Assembly (NCBI RefSeq): GCF_006345805.1
Contig: NW_021833274.1
Coordinates: forward strand, 62,001-126,000
Reading direction: 5' to 3'
DNA: 64,000 bases
Source: Octopus sinensis
Taxonomy: Eukaryota
The notes under the pieces are model-generated. The model saw only the letters and a list, made by a program, of their open reading frames with translations. It made no database searches and was not told the DNA's origin. Shown piece by piece: positions 12,417 through 25,760 of the stretch (positions within the stretch are counted from its first letter, which is position 1; every line of letters starts with the position of its first letter). The position numbers and the translations under genes are program-made.

Positions 12417-12978
12417 CTCTCTGCACTCGTCAAAAATTAATGAACCTACTCTGGCTCACGACAGATGAATTGGACGCAAGCTCAGAAGAGTTCAGTTGCC
12501 TTGGCATCAGTCTCGTCCTATCACCGTCCTTAATTCCTGTCACTTTCTCTTTCTCTGTTAATTTACAATAAACTTAATTCATTCATTCATTACTAGTTTT
12601 ATTCTAATTTAGAATAACTCGACGACGCTGTTGCATTATTTTTCTGGAGTTTTGTCGCAAATCCACTGAAAGTTTAACTAAATTTTAAATAAAATATTCG
12701 TCTCACAGTGAATGGAATATCTCAAAACATTCAGTTGTTCATTAATCAAACTCTATAGACATCACCATTTATCTTATTTAAAAAACTAATTTAAAAAGTT
12801 GTATGCTCATCGTATACGAAATTTTTCAAGCATAGTCACTCTAACAAGATGGCCCTGCAGATTATTTAATCTGTGCAGTTTATCCACCATTAAAGTACAT
12901 CTATATTTATAAAAATAAATTATGATTTTCAACTCTAAGTTGAAATTTGTTATAAATGACAAGACTGATGCATTATAT

Positions 12979-13944
12979 CAGCATTTCTCAACCTTTTTAA
13001 TGGGAACCCCCAAAGTGTTTAAAAATTTTCAGGGACCCCCTATTATCGATTTTATCTTAATTAAGTATTAAATCAAATCTTATTAATAAAAATTCATAAT
13101 TTAATAAAACTGACTGATGAGACTTTTTCTTCCATTTTAGTGATTAAAATATCAATGTTCGACTTTTTCTCGGATAGGGAAATACGCAAATCATCCCTAC
13201 TTTAAGACGATTTGACACTTTGACTTTAAATATGCAAAATGTGAGATTGCCGTTTCACACAGATATGTTGTGTGAGATGGAATTAACTTCTCTACTACTA
13301 TAGAACTGAGTAATGGTATACAGTTCTTAGTTCACACCAGAATTCTATTAATGTACTGTTTATAAACGATATCAAAGCACTTTTTAATTCAATAAGGGAT
13401 TATTGAATTTTAGGTCGTCATCTACATTCATTGGAGAAAGGAAGCGATTTACAATCCAATCAGGAACAGAATTTTATGCAGGAAAATAATTTTCAAATTT
13501 CTTAACAAGATTTGCAAAATGTTTATCAATAATTTCCAAAAACGAATTATCGGGATCTGTATTTCGATAAAAAGTTTCAACAAGAGGAAAAACTGAAAAA
13601 TGTCAGCAAGATAAATTAATATTTTTTGAATTCACTGGATTCCATCAATTAAAATAAATCAAAATGATTATTATTTTTCAAAAACATTGAAATAACATCA
13701 GGCAACCCAACTACTTTTGTCAAAGCCTTTCCCGGGAAAGCCATCTGATTTCTGAATAATATAACAAAATTGAATGTTCTGATCCAAATTATTGTGACAG
13801 CTTTTGAAAAATTCTATAATTAACTGCTCTCGAACGAATAATATTAATTATTTTTATTATTTGATCAAAAACAATCTTAATCTCTGATAGTAAAGTTTTT
13901 GATACAAGAAAATATTTGTCAAAGGACCACTTTGAGAAACGCTG
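12979..13944 (-). mobile_element. Internally deleted hAT (Buster/Charlie-type) element
   Basis: TIRs cagcatttctcaa / ttgagaaacgctg; imperfect 8-bp TSD cattatat / ccttatac. The minus strand carries a broken TTYLCET(A).SHFAYLKSK...DDLRISLS dimerisation-region remnant. Confidence 0.8.
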
Positions 13945-15639
13945 CCTTATACAATACCTGTAGAGATTATAAATATTTTTTAATAATGGTCGTTAGTATC
14001 TTTTGAAATGTGCTTGTCAAAACCGTAGATCAAAGATGTCCTAGGAGTAGGAATGTGTCTGTTCTATACATTTTGTTTAGGATCTCAGCAATGAATTCAT
14101 ACAGTTTATGTGTTCCGTATTTAAAGAATCTGGAAATTAGGAAATCCGGGCCCGGGCTTTTGTTACTCTTCAACATGGAGCTTGTCTAAACTCCGTTTGG
14201 AACACCAAGTGTTTCAAAAACAGAAAATAGAGATTGCTCCAAAAATCGTATAAAAATTTGCTCTTATTGTGTGGATAAATATACTTTGTTGATTACAAAC
14301 CTTATAATTTAATGAAAAACTATTATTGTTTATAATAATCACTATTTTTTGTGTCCATAACCATATTTAAATATTAAATTGCGCATGAATTTTTTTCTAA
14401 ATCATAAAAATCTTCGAAAAAATCCGGCAACATATTTAACACATTTTCCTCAATTTTTTTACTTTATCAATGACTATTCTTATAGTTTCCTGTTGGGCAC
14501 GGTTCTCTCAACTGACTTCGAACATTACGTGCCTCCTAAGTTATAATCAGAGGTCCTGAAGTGGCACTCGCTTGGTCTTGAAACTCCGGACCTTCCGCAA
14601 AGGCAATTTGGTACTTGTAGATTTCAAATTTGCTTGGACAAAATTCACATTCAATATCGTACTAAGTCATTCCGCGTATCCCTAGATCAACAACAGTAAT
14701 AAACAACTGAAATTTAGCTTCAATTCAATCATGAAAAATTCGCTCTGATCAGGGTTTTTTTATCTAAAACATATTTGATAGCTTTTGGTTATTTTTCTGT
14801 GATTATTTAAGTTTAATGGTTATTGCTCCTGATTTGATGGACGGTGATGTAAAATTTTGATTCAAATTAATCCAAAATGAGTTTTATTTTTTTTCTTTTT
14901 ATTGATGTGCTGCTGAAAAAAACTGAAAATCCCATGACATTCCATCCGGAGTCCAACTTAGATTTTAAATCCGCGTTATGAAATTTTGACTTTGACCTTA
15001 CTTATTAAAATATTAGGAGGATGAAAATTTAGTTAAATAAAAAATATTATTTTTATTAAAAAAATTCAATTTCAAAAGTATTAATTTTTGATTAGATTTA
15101 TTAACACGCTGTTTTGTTGTGCTCTTAAATTATTATAATTTTCAATGATTACAGTATTATCCCTGTCTGATTATGTGATTTATTTACTATATGAGAAATT
15201 AGCTATTTTTATAAAGTTTTTGTAATGAATTTGTAATTATTTACAACTATAACTGACAATGCTTTGGAAAAAAACACTCCATATAAGATTGCGTTTAACT
15301 GGATTAGAATAACCTCGGAAAGCCGCTTAAAAGAGTTCAAAGTTGAAATAATTTGGACTCATTTTCACTATTTTGATCGCTCTAGCAGTAGAAAGTACAG
15401 AATCAACTTAAACAGAGAAATTAATTAGTTGAATAGGCGAATATTATTCGGATATTCAATGAGCATCCATGTATTATTGATAAAGAAAGTTAATCTTAGT
15501 TTAATTTGTTGTTCGATAATTGTTAAACTATTTTTGAATTATAGTTTAGTTGCAAAAACAAACAAAATTTAGTCAGTTTGTTTAAAAAATTATGGTTAAT
15601 TAAATTAATTAATCAATTTATTTATAAAAACAGAGCAGT

Positions 15640-16093
15640 CTGCAAGCACGACGGGGCAGTATCATCTGGACAAATTTAGTCTATCTAATAATTAAGATTA
15701 TTCTTTTATGAACAAACGAACCGTCCCGTCATGTCCCGACCCTCTCCTATTCGTATTGCAGTAGGGAAACTGAGTCGTCTGGACAGTCAACTTCTCTATC
15801 AGTAACACTACTTGTTGCGCTGATCGTTATAGTTACCAATAACGTTAATAATATCTTATCCAGATAATATTGTTTTCAGCTTCCTCCTTTCGCCTCCGAT
15901 CCGTGTCATGGAACGGAATATAGCGTCCGTGTCCTCGACAGGTTTCATTGATGTCTCGTGGTGGCTAATTCTTCTATTCAGTTGCTCATTGCTTGCCCCA
16001 ACATCCATTAAAATACTTGTTACATGATTTGCCGACGCTACTAATAGTTTGTATTCTGGACACATTTTCTCTAATCTCTTTTTAATCACGACC
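15640..16093 (-). mobile_element. 3' remnant of an R4/Dong-like element, interrupted by the hAT at 16102 and continuing at about 17567-17620
   Basis: TVVIKKRLEKMCPEYK matches the C-terminal IIMKKTLESMCIDYK / TIKKTLESMVVEYK of the full copies. The minus-strand ctactgcaatacgaa.aggagagg matches about 58827-58850. Confidence 0.65.
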
Positions 16094-16101
16094 GTCTAGA
16101 G

Positions 16102-17558
16102 CAGGGTTTCTTAACCGGGGGGTACGAGGAACATTTTTTAATTTGTTATTATTAAGATGATTTTAATAATTTAATTTAATCGATTTTGATAAGATGCTTC
16201 ATTTGTTTTTCCAATAAGCATCCATTGTTTTTCCAATAAGTTGTATGAATCTACCGATATCAGTTCAATGTGCCAACTAGTCGCATGTGTTCGATTTGTT
16301 GAAGAGGATTCTGTCGTGGACGAGTTTTTATTTTGTTTGGAAATAACAGGAAGAACACGAGGAAATGATATATTTTATCTCTTTTCGTCTTTTTTTGTTT
16401 CCAATAATATTCCCTGGACTTAAGCTGGGGTGATATGCACTGATGGAGCACCTGCCATGCTCGGACGTCGATCTGGTTTTATTGCACTGTTTAAGGATGT
16501 TGCACCTTATATTATCGCAAACCATTGTGCAATACATAAGTATGCTCTTGCTGTAAAGACGCTGCCTTAAGAATTGAAAATTGTTTTTCATTCGACCGTA
16601 AAGTCAGTTAATTTGATTCTTGCGAGGGCGAAAATCATAGGCTTTTTAAATTATTATGCGAAGAAATGGAAACAGAACATTCAGTACTAATTTTCCACAC
16701 TGAAGTTCGGTGGTTGTCAAGAGGAAGGGTGCTTAAACAGATTGCCGAACTAATTGGTACACTCACTACTTTTTTACAAGAAATGAAGAATATAGAACTC
16801 GCCAATATGTTCGCAGATTATGCCTTTAAACAAAAGTTATTCTATCTTGCTGATATATAAACGAATTAAATTTATCCATACAGGGTAAATCTTTCTTTTT
16901 TATCGTGAAGGTAATAATATCTCAAGCATAGAAGCTTTTGAAAAAGTTGCAGGAATTAATTGGAAATAATAAACTTGAAAAGTGGATTATTTTACAAATC
17001 GACGAACACCTAAAAATTTGAAAATAAATTCGGAGAATATTTAATAGCGATCAGATTGTTCCCGATTTGATTTTAGAACCATTTTTTTGTAAGATTGATG
17101 AGGCTCAGGAACTTCCTTTTCTACAAGAATTAATCGATTTATGAAGCTCTGCGACTGCAAGGGTTACTTGCACAATTTTGTGACTATTCAGATATGTTTT
17201 AATTTTTGCACACTTATGGAATTTTGGAGTAAAATGGTTCTAAAGTATTCGTTATGACTATGGCTAGTATGCAATATTTAATTCCTTATCCAACAATATA
17301 TACTTATGCGAAACTGCGATGTCTTGTTTATCATCTATTAAAAAGAAATCTCGTAATCGATTGAAAGTTTTTAGCACAAAATATTTTATTGATTTTGTTT
17401 AGTTAGTTAGAAAATAATTTATATTTTGTAATTAAATCATTTATCTCAAAAAAAAGATATGTAAAAAATTTAAAAATCGACAGGGAGGTACGCGGGATCC
17501 ATTATTAACCACAAGGGGTACAATTTATCAAAAATTTGAAAAAGGTTAAGAACCGCTG
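16102..17558 (+). mobile_element. hAT (Buster; ZBED8/SCAND3/GTF2IRD2-like) transposon, disrupted
   Basis: TIRs cagggtttcttaacc / ggttaagaaccgctg and perfect TSD gtctagag (16094-16101, 17559-17566). Motifs ESTDIS..QL...VRFV, CTDGAPAMLG, HC.IH..AL, HTEVRWLSRG, YLADI across stops and frameshifts. Confidence 0.93.
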
Positions 17559-18899
17559 GTCTAGAGTCTAGACATAGACATGGCTCGAATCATCACTTTG
17601 TAGCCAATATATACTATAATTAGAACTAAATTGAAATTGCTTGAATAATCACCTTGTAGACAATATACTATAATTAGAACTAAATTGAAATTTTGAGGGA
17701 ATCTAATTAATTCCAGAAACAAACAAAATGTTTTAGGAAATACTTAATAGAAGGACAGAGTATTAGTTTTTACGACCAGAAAAAAACTTAGAATGGAAAA
17801 ATTAAATAAAACTTATTCAATTTAGACTATGAAAAAGATTTGATATTTAGACAGCCACTACTGAGATCTCTAATCGTCAATTTAAAATTTATCAAAACAA
17901 AATATTTTATTTAAAACCAAATGAATGAACAGTCACTAGTATCATTTTAAACATGACTTTTCAGTCAACTTCCTAAAAAATATATTTAAAAACGTACCAA
18001 ATTGTCCAAGTTGTCCGAAAAGTCGGCAGAAAGTCTTTTTATACAAAAAGAACACATTCTTGGTCTCAGTTTGATTGGTGCCCAGGTTATTTGTATGGTG
18101 GGATTTATATTTTCTCTTTTCAAGCTTTCAATATATTCAGCAGTAGACAAACAATTGCAGGAGTTCATGATTAATGTATAATGTCAGCGCTCTATACTTA
18201 TTTTAAATCATTGGGATAACGCATAATCGATTATTTAAGTTATTTCAAATTAAAAATTAGCTTCATTGTAATTAAGCTCAATATTGTATTTAATTAAGAG
18301 CTGATCTTTATAGTCATTATGTCATAATCGAAATATTTTTTCACAGTCGATTACTTTTAATGATAGAGTATAATAAATATTTGCTATGCTTGACATATTT
18401 TAAAAAGAATATATCAAATTTTACTCTAACCATATTGGATAATGACATTTCTTATTTACTGTTAGAAAACATTCGACAGACAGTTAAAAAAAGTTTATAA
18501 TAAATTATAGCTCTATTCTGAAGAAAATATTTTAAAACTAAATTATTTTCAATTGTCTAATAATTAATTTTTTTTTAGAACTTTAATTAAGAAATCCATT
18601 TTCAGGATGGTAATTTGAGTTATCTCTACAATCAATAATTTTATTTACATTTCTCGTTTTTTGTTTTATATTTGGTTATTCTAGTGGCTCGCAACCTGCT
18701 TTCCGCAAAATTTATTATAAATTTTTGTGTTAGTATTTTTCAATAAGGATTTTTTACGTCAAAGATATTATTCCGTTATCATTAGATTGTAGAACAGGCC
18801 CTGATTTAGTTTGATGTCTTTTCATAGATATAAGCTGTAATTTGATTCTGTTGGGAAGTTAGGAAGATGTAAATCGTTCTTCCAAAAAGTCTCAATATA

Positions 18900-19916
18900 C
18901 ACTCAACCCTCTCAAATTGGCCCCTCTCAAATTGGCCACAAATTTTATAGCTCCCAGCCTGCTTGGATGACTGGGAAAATCTTCATAGATTGGCTAATAA
19001 ACTTTGATTTGAATCTAAAATTACAGAGAAAACAAATTTTGCTTATTCTGGATAACTTTCCTTTCCATTGCATACCAGAAAATTTGTCTAATATTGAAAT
19101 CATGTTTATACCGCGAGATAGTACAGGCTTGGTCCAGCCAATGAACCTGGGAATCATAAAAAATTTCAAAACGCTTTTCAATAAGGACAAACTTGCATTT
19201 TTAACGGATTTGTTAGAACATCAAAAAATATTTGTTATAGTTCACATTAAAGAATGTTGTGATATTTGTTAAAATGGCATGGAAAGATGTGTCGCAACAT
19301 ATTATTTCAAATTGTTTTGGAATTCTTAATAATAATAACGTGAAAAATAATTCAAAAGATAGTATATCAATAGAAAAGACAGATATTTTTGATCCGTTGG
19401 ATATTGAAGAATTTCTTGCATATGAATATGCAGAAAATGATACAATAAAAAAGATGGACAATGGCGGAAACATTGAAGATGAAAATGATGAAAATATAAA
19501 TCATGAGGAAGAGAATTAACAAAAATGACATTCTGGTAAGGTTAACGACAATTGAAGAAGATTTATTTAAAAACATTGAAAACGAGAATGATGTCTTACT
19601 AATCTCATCTAAATTTTTTATTAATTTGTCAATAAAGCATGAAAAAATGGCTGAGCAATTTTTTTGACGAGCACTGTATAAGACGTTACAAAGAAAATAT
19701 ACTGATATCTAAAAAAAACAAATGTGAATTGAATTTTACTTTAAAAAATTAAGATTTTTTTTAATTTTCTTTAAATTTAAAAAAATTATGCTAACTGAAG
19801 ATAAATTAAAGTAGTTTGTTTGTAAAATTATCGATTTTATTCTCTAATTGGCCAATTCTCAAATTGGCCAACAAAATTGAAGAAACCAAAAATGGCCAAT
19901 TTGAGAGGGTTGAGTG
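18900..19916 (+). mobile_element. Internally deleted Tigger/pogo element
   Basis: Perfect 23-bp TIR CACTCAACCCTCTCAAATTGGCC, TA on both sides, and DDE_1 motifs WMTGKIFIDWL...LLILDNFP.H...QPMNLGII.NFK. Confidence 0.93.
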
Positions 19917-20224
19917 TATGTGAAGTAGGTATAATCAATACAATTTTTCATGTTAACTGGTGATATGATAATTACCGGGAACTAATTTCTTCTTTAGGGT
20001 TAATTAACCCTAATATTAACACTTATTTCTTGAAAATTTAATTTTAATATCTAAGGCATAGATCGAGTCAGTCACAATTAGGATAAAGAGTAAATTGAGG
20101 GTCAAATTTTGTAAGATAAAATCAAAATTATTAATTGTGTTAAAAAAACCTTTTTAATCTCCTCTATTTAAAATAATGTGGGATGAAATGCGATGCAATC
20201 ATACATCATTACTTTTTAATATTA

Positions 20225-20640
20225 AAGTAAGATGGTTGTCATGTAGAATGGTATTGCAACGTTTGTTCGTAGCGAACTTGTTGTGTTTTCCAAGAATCAA
20301 AATTTCTCAATTTAAAGAAACAATCTTTTGTTAGTAAGGGAAAATTGGATATTTAGTTCTCATTTACGCGAAACTTAATAAATTTACATTATCGCTTCAG
20401 GAAAAATATCAAACTTTTTTATTTTAAATGGAAGAGTAATGGAATCAAAGCGAAAAATCAAATTTTAGAGGGTTTTCGTGGATAAAATAAAATTTCATGT
20501 ACTATTGATTTACAAGAATGTCTTGATGAATCAAAATGCGCATTGAATGATACAGTTTTTCAGGACATCAAAGATCATTTGGTTATATAATTATTATTAC
20601 ATTCTGAAATATTTTCCGGATAAACTCGAGGACATTAAAA
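20225..20640 (+). mobile_element. Degraded Buster-type hAT transposase remnant
   Basis: WLSCRMVLQRLF and downstream broken matches to the WLSRG.VL.R...LNLSLQG...I..HL region; no termini seen. Confidence 0.5.
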
Positions 20641-20644
20641 ATGC

Positions 20645-21110
20645 TGCAAACATTCTTGAAATCGATATGTCAAGAGCTTTTGACTCGATCAATCGTTAGA
20701 AATTGATGGATTTTCTTACAGAATTTCTTAACAAATCCTCTACCCGGATGATCGGGGAACTCTTATAAGAAACCTATCTATCGGTCAGGGTACCACAAAT
20801 ACTCTAAGCCATTTGAAACAAACATCGGGAAACACATAAGAAAATCCGTTATCTCCTATGCTGTTTGTCATATATCTGGAAGATACACTGAGAGAATTAA
20901 AACTATGAAGGAAATATCAATGAATTCAATGTGGTGGCATATGTAGATGACCCGGATTTTATTTTCTCTGACAGGAATGCTCTAAAAAGCATATTGCAGG
21001 TGATGCTAAATAAACTTGTAGGGTAATTCCTCAATGTAAATGTGGAGAAAACAGAATTTAAGAAACTTGTATCTCTATTGGGATACGAACAAGACCTGTT
21101 TATGTAAAAA
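20645..21110 (+). mobile_element. Degraded non-LTR RT fragment (RTEX/Proto2-like)
   Basis: IDMSRAFDSINR, FETNIG, YVDD.DF and LNVNVEKTE across stops and frameshifts. Confidence 0.7.
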
Positions 21111-21157
21111 AACACATGTAAACAGCGCACTGCGCAGCCTAAACGAAAATTAGTTAA

Positions 21158-21445
21158 AGCGCAAAGGACTCAGTACACATACGATCATATCGAAGGTTAC
21201 CTCCAAGGTATAAAATGGACTGTTCTGGATGTGGTATATACTTTGGGTCACTCGAAATAACGGGGAATACTTTGAGCAAGGTATTGAGGATCCTCAAGAA
21301 GAATAGTTTGGCGCCGAAATGTCCAGAGAGCTTGTTCTCGCTGATCAGCAAGGCTATCAACATCCGCAAACACATCGAGAAAAACAGGACGGATAAGGAT
21401 TCCAAATACAGACTCCTCCTCACCGAGTGCAAATTAGTACGTCCA
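21158..21445 (+). pseudogene. RPS13: 40S ribosomal protein S13 (uS15) fragment / pseudogene
   Basis: ITGNTLSKVLRILKKNSLAPKCPESLFSLISKAINIRKHIEKNRTDKDSKYRLLLTE resembles RPS13 (TGNKILRILK..GLAP..PEDL..LIKKA..IRKHLE.NRKDKD.KFRL). An upstream KGLS...YRR.P piece is out of frame; the middle segment and the C-terminus are missing. Confidence 0.72.
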
Positions 21446-21551
21446 CTAATACTTTTTCTATCATATCCTGGTTTTTCGATCAATTGTTTCGTTTATTGAA
21501 TAAATCATAATTTTCAAAAATTTAATTTATATATTTATATGGTTAGCCGAG

Positions 21552-24500
21552 GAAAAGTATTTATTTCTTGTTGTGTACTGCATGTCTGTTTCAAGCAAGA
21601 TGAATGAAACATATCCTAATGACCTATCTAGGAAGAATATTGATAGAGAAAACACTACTAACGTAGAGAAAGTGGTCAGGGGCAGCATGAAGCTCAAGAA
21701 ATCGACATCGAACCTCATCCCTGTGTTACAGAACCTGTTTTTCGAACAAGACTACTATCTTTACAATCAATTATGGATCAAGTACAAACGGATGACAAAC
21801 TGGAATGGATCCATGAAGTAGTTCAAGCTATTAAATCAAGATTCGATCGAATACCGTATGGAGGATGGCTTCTTATAACAAAAGCTTTCAATGAAAAGTT
21901 CTCTTCTACCAAGTCAGTTTCTAACATAAAGATGTTGTTGAAAGTCAAAGGAAAAAAGGCTAAAATTTCCATGGACAAATTATCTGATGCAAATGACCCA
22001 AAAACTGAAGTCTCCAATTTTAGAAAATGCTATGAAGAATTTTGTTCCCAAATTGAGAGAGTAAAATCAATCCCACGTGATTTACGAAAGCCAACAAGAA
22101 AAGTGCCTTATCAGTTACTAAAGAAGGAAATTTTAAATGGGATTAATTCAGCAATCTGGGAATTTTCCAAATCCAATTATCCAAAAAATTTAGATGACAT
22201 TACAGATTTTGTATATGCGGGGCAATTAACTTACGAAGAAAAGCAACTGGAGTGAGCGCATTAATGAAAAACTGATTAATCTGAATAAGAAGTTGGATCA
22301 AATTAATTCATTCGACTTACAGAAAACAAACCATAAATTTGATGATGAAATTAGAGAAACTCTTCGTGAGTACCGATACAAAAAGTCTAAGAAGGGAGAA
22401 TTTGAAAGAATTTCGTCCTACATTCAGGATGAAATAAAAATTTTGGAAAAAAACTCAGAATCCACGAGTCAAGAAAGGAGTTCAGAAAACAAAATTGGTG
22501 TTTTGAACTTAACAGAAGATATTTTTACAGAAATTTGAGTGGGGACAAGAAAAATGTTAAATTCGAATTTGATGAGGATGATTGTTTATCTTTTTGGAAA
22601 GAAGTATGGAAAGAACGTGAAAGGAATGAAGAAACATTTACGTTAAATAACAGATCTACTGGTGCTGAAACCACACATGCAGATTTCACTAAAGAATTCA
22701 TTATCGATGTGTTAATGTATCACCAAACTGGAGAGCAGCTGGGTGTGATGGAGTATATAATTTCTTTATAAAGAAATTTACTTCAATTCATGAATTTCTG
22801 TGCAAAGAAATTATAAAGATTATAAACGGGAAATACTGTCCAGCCGAATGGTTCTATTCAGGAATTACCTATCTTATTCCTAAGAAAGAAGTTTGCAACT
22901 CTCCTAAAGACCTAAGACCGATTACATGCATGCCAAATTTATATAAACTGACTACGAAATGTGTGAACAGGAAATTATCAGACTACATCGATGCATATCG
23001 TCTCGTTAGTGATAATCAGTTGGGAACGAAAAGAATGTGTCAAGGAGCCAAAGAGCAAGCAATAATTAATCAGTCTGTCAATCAACAAAACGGAAATAAT
23101 TTGGCCTCTGCATGGATCGATGTTAGAAAAGCTTTCGACACAGTGGACCACGACTTTCTCTTTAAGATTCTTGACTCTTCTGGCCTTCCAAATTGGATTA
23201 AAGATTTCATCAAAAATTTGGTGAAAAGATGGAAAATTAAATTGATATTTGACAAAAAAAGAAATTGGAGAACTTAAATTACGAAAGGGAATCTTACAAG
23301 GAGACTCGTTATCCCCTCAGATCTTTGTGCTATTGATGGATCCGTTAAGCAGATTATTAAATGTGAAGTACCCAAAAGTGAATATGGACAACTCTGGCCA
23401 GGGATCACTTACATACTCAACAAACCATCTACTTTTCATGGATGACTTAAAAATATTCTCGAAGAAAGAAGATACGTTGATAAAAATGATGAATGATGTT
23501 AATCTTTTTTCCGAGGCTGCTGGACTAGAGAAAAATGTGGAAAAGTCAGCTACTAACGTGCAGTGCTTGTCTTCCGAGGCAAAACTACTTGATGGACTTG
23601 ATAGCTACCGATACCTGGGAGTGCTCGAAGATAAAATGAGTAACATACTGAAAAGCGATGTGCTAAAATCAATCTTTGATGAGATGAAGAAACGAATTAA
23701 CAATCTGGCCACTACAAAACTTAACTCTGGGAATCTATTCAAATCCATCAATGAACATGCATTGTCTCTTTATAATTATTATATTGGACTTATTGATATC
23801 GACCCAACCGAATTTGAGGTTATTGACAAGAAAATCAGAGGAATTCTAATACAGAATAAGATTCACCTGAAGCCGGCGAACAAAGAAAGATTATACCTAC
23901 CCAGGAATTGTCTTGGAGAGGGCTCGTATCTATAACTCAAAAAAGCGAACGAATGCTCCTCCAATTGTTCAGAGACCTTGAAAAGAAGTCTCATTACTGT
24001 TTGAGAAGAGCGGGAATTCTGCGGGTGATGAAGTAAAGAAAATACATATGGCCACAATCGTAGAATTTATCACTCGAAAATACAAAATTGGAGACCATGG
24101 AAGTCTCAATGTGAAGGCACTGCAAGGATTACAGAATGAATACCTAATTGCAGAAATCAGGAAAAAACCTCTGCATTCAATCCTCTTTAATTGTTTGGAA
24201 GATACTAATGTCGATGTTACGGAGTTCTCCGCGTGGTTAACATATGGAAACATCTTTCCGAGATCAGAAGCATCCTTCTGTTTACTACAAGACCGCAATT
24301 TCCTCTTTGGAGCAGGAGAAACGAATTGCAAACATTGCAACTCTGCGAAAAAAACTGTTGACCATCTAGCTACCAGGTGTGGGCGAATGCTAAACAGCGA
24401 TTACTTACGACGGTATGGAATAAAAAAATCAAAAAGATTGAAGACCCATTCAGTCCAGTCTATAGTTGCAAATGAAGCAGTTGAGATCAGAGTCGATGCT

Positions 24501-25173
24501 ACTATAAGTACTGACACACACGTTCATAACAACAAGCCCGACATTTTCGTGTGGGATAAAATTAAGAATACGATTACACTAATCGAAATTGGAATAACTT
24601 CGCAGCAAATTCTTAAAAAAGTCGAAGTCGAAAAATCCCACAAGTATGATCTCTTAGCAAGTGAATTGGCTTTAATCCACAAAGCAAAAGTGAATATAGT
24701 ACCCATAGTATTAACGTGGGATGCCATTGTCAGTAAATACTACAAACAATACCAGAATGGTCTGAAAATTGAGTACCCTGTAAGAGCATACATCCAAACT
24801 ATTATCATGAAGAAGACTCTTGAAAGTATGTGCATCGATTATAAAATGGAATGATGTCCCAAGAGGACGACGGTTTTGAAGAAAATAAACTTTCCTTGAT
24901 AACAACATAAATCAGAAACTCGACGAAACCGACTTAATGACGGGAGCATTTGAAAAAGAGTCCTACTCCTATAATAACATTAATCGACTGGAACCTGATG
25001 AAAGTCGTCTCATCCGGGAAAAGAAGAATGGTCCTTTAGATTGCCTAAAAGAAGTTTGGAGACCGGTCGAGGTTGTCCGTGTTGGGGCAAAGAGGAGGAT
25101 GGTCTATTGAGCTGGAAATTCGTTTAATTAGTTTAGTTTATCGGTTTAATTGTAATAGGAATAAACTCAAAAA
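21552..25173 (+). mobile_element. Full-length but multiply frameshifted R4/Dong-like retrotransposon (RT + CCHC + RLE)
   Basis: 13-bp TSD atggttagccgag at 21539-21551 and 25174-25186. RT (LRPITC, QGDSLSP, FMDD, YLG), CKHC...DHLATRC zinc finger, and RLE KPDIFV...IEIG...KY. Confidence 0.93.
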
Positions 25174-25678
25174 ATGGTTAGCCGAGCTTTAATATAAGCA
25201 TTAATGTTGAAGTTCTAAACATTAGCTTTAAACAACATTTTTAAAGAATCAAAGTTCTATTCATTAATTGTTGCTTTCAAGTAACAGAGATAAAGCAACG
25301 TTGTAAGTAGCAACTAACGGAAGAATACTCATTTTCGTCCAATATGCGAATTCCCTTTTCTGTTTAATTTTTTTCGCTTAAATAATGAAATCGGAAGAAA
25401 ATACTGCAGACTTTACACATAATGGACAGTTAGATTCTCAGCTTCTCCAACTTGATAGAGAGATGTTTAGCGTGTCAGAATGTAAAGGAAAACGTTCGAT
25501 ATAATTCACTTTGTGTGAACGAGACTACTATAGCAGCTCTAAAATTAAATTCGCAAGCGCGAAGAAACGTTGATTTTTTATGCGTTCTCATGAAGAGAAG
25601 CCCAAATTTAGGCACCTTCGAATCGATCGATCTAAGAGAAAAAGGTCTAAGAGTCGATTAAATATTTATTCATTAGAC

Positions 25679-25760
25679 CAGGCATTCTCAACCTTTTTTT
25701 GTTTATCGCCCCCTTAGATATTTTATCGCCCCCTTGTCCACATACAATTTAGAAATTTTT
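25679..25760 (+). mobile_element. Isolated left end of a hAT MITE
   Basis: caggcattctcaaccttttttt...atcgcccc...ccttgtccacata, nearly identical to 26937-27000 and preceded by cattagac. Confidence 0.7.

Larger units (their letters stand above)
8521..12591 (+). mobile_element. Near full-length two-ORF APE-type LINE (Jockey/I-group-like ORF1)
   Basis: ORF1 with zinc knuckles, ORF2 with APE and RT, AATAAA at 12567-12572 and an (ATTC)n tail at 12577-12591. GC-richer than the flanks. 5' boundary approximate; no TSD found. Confidence 0.9.
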
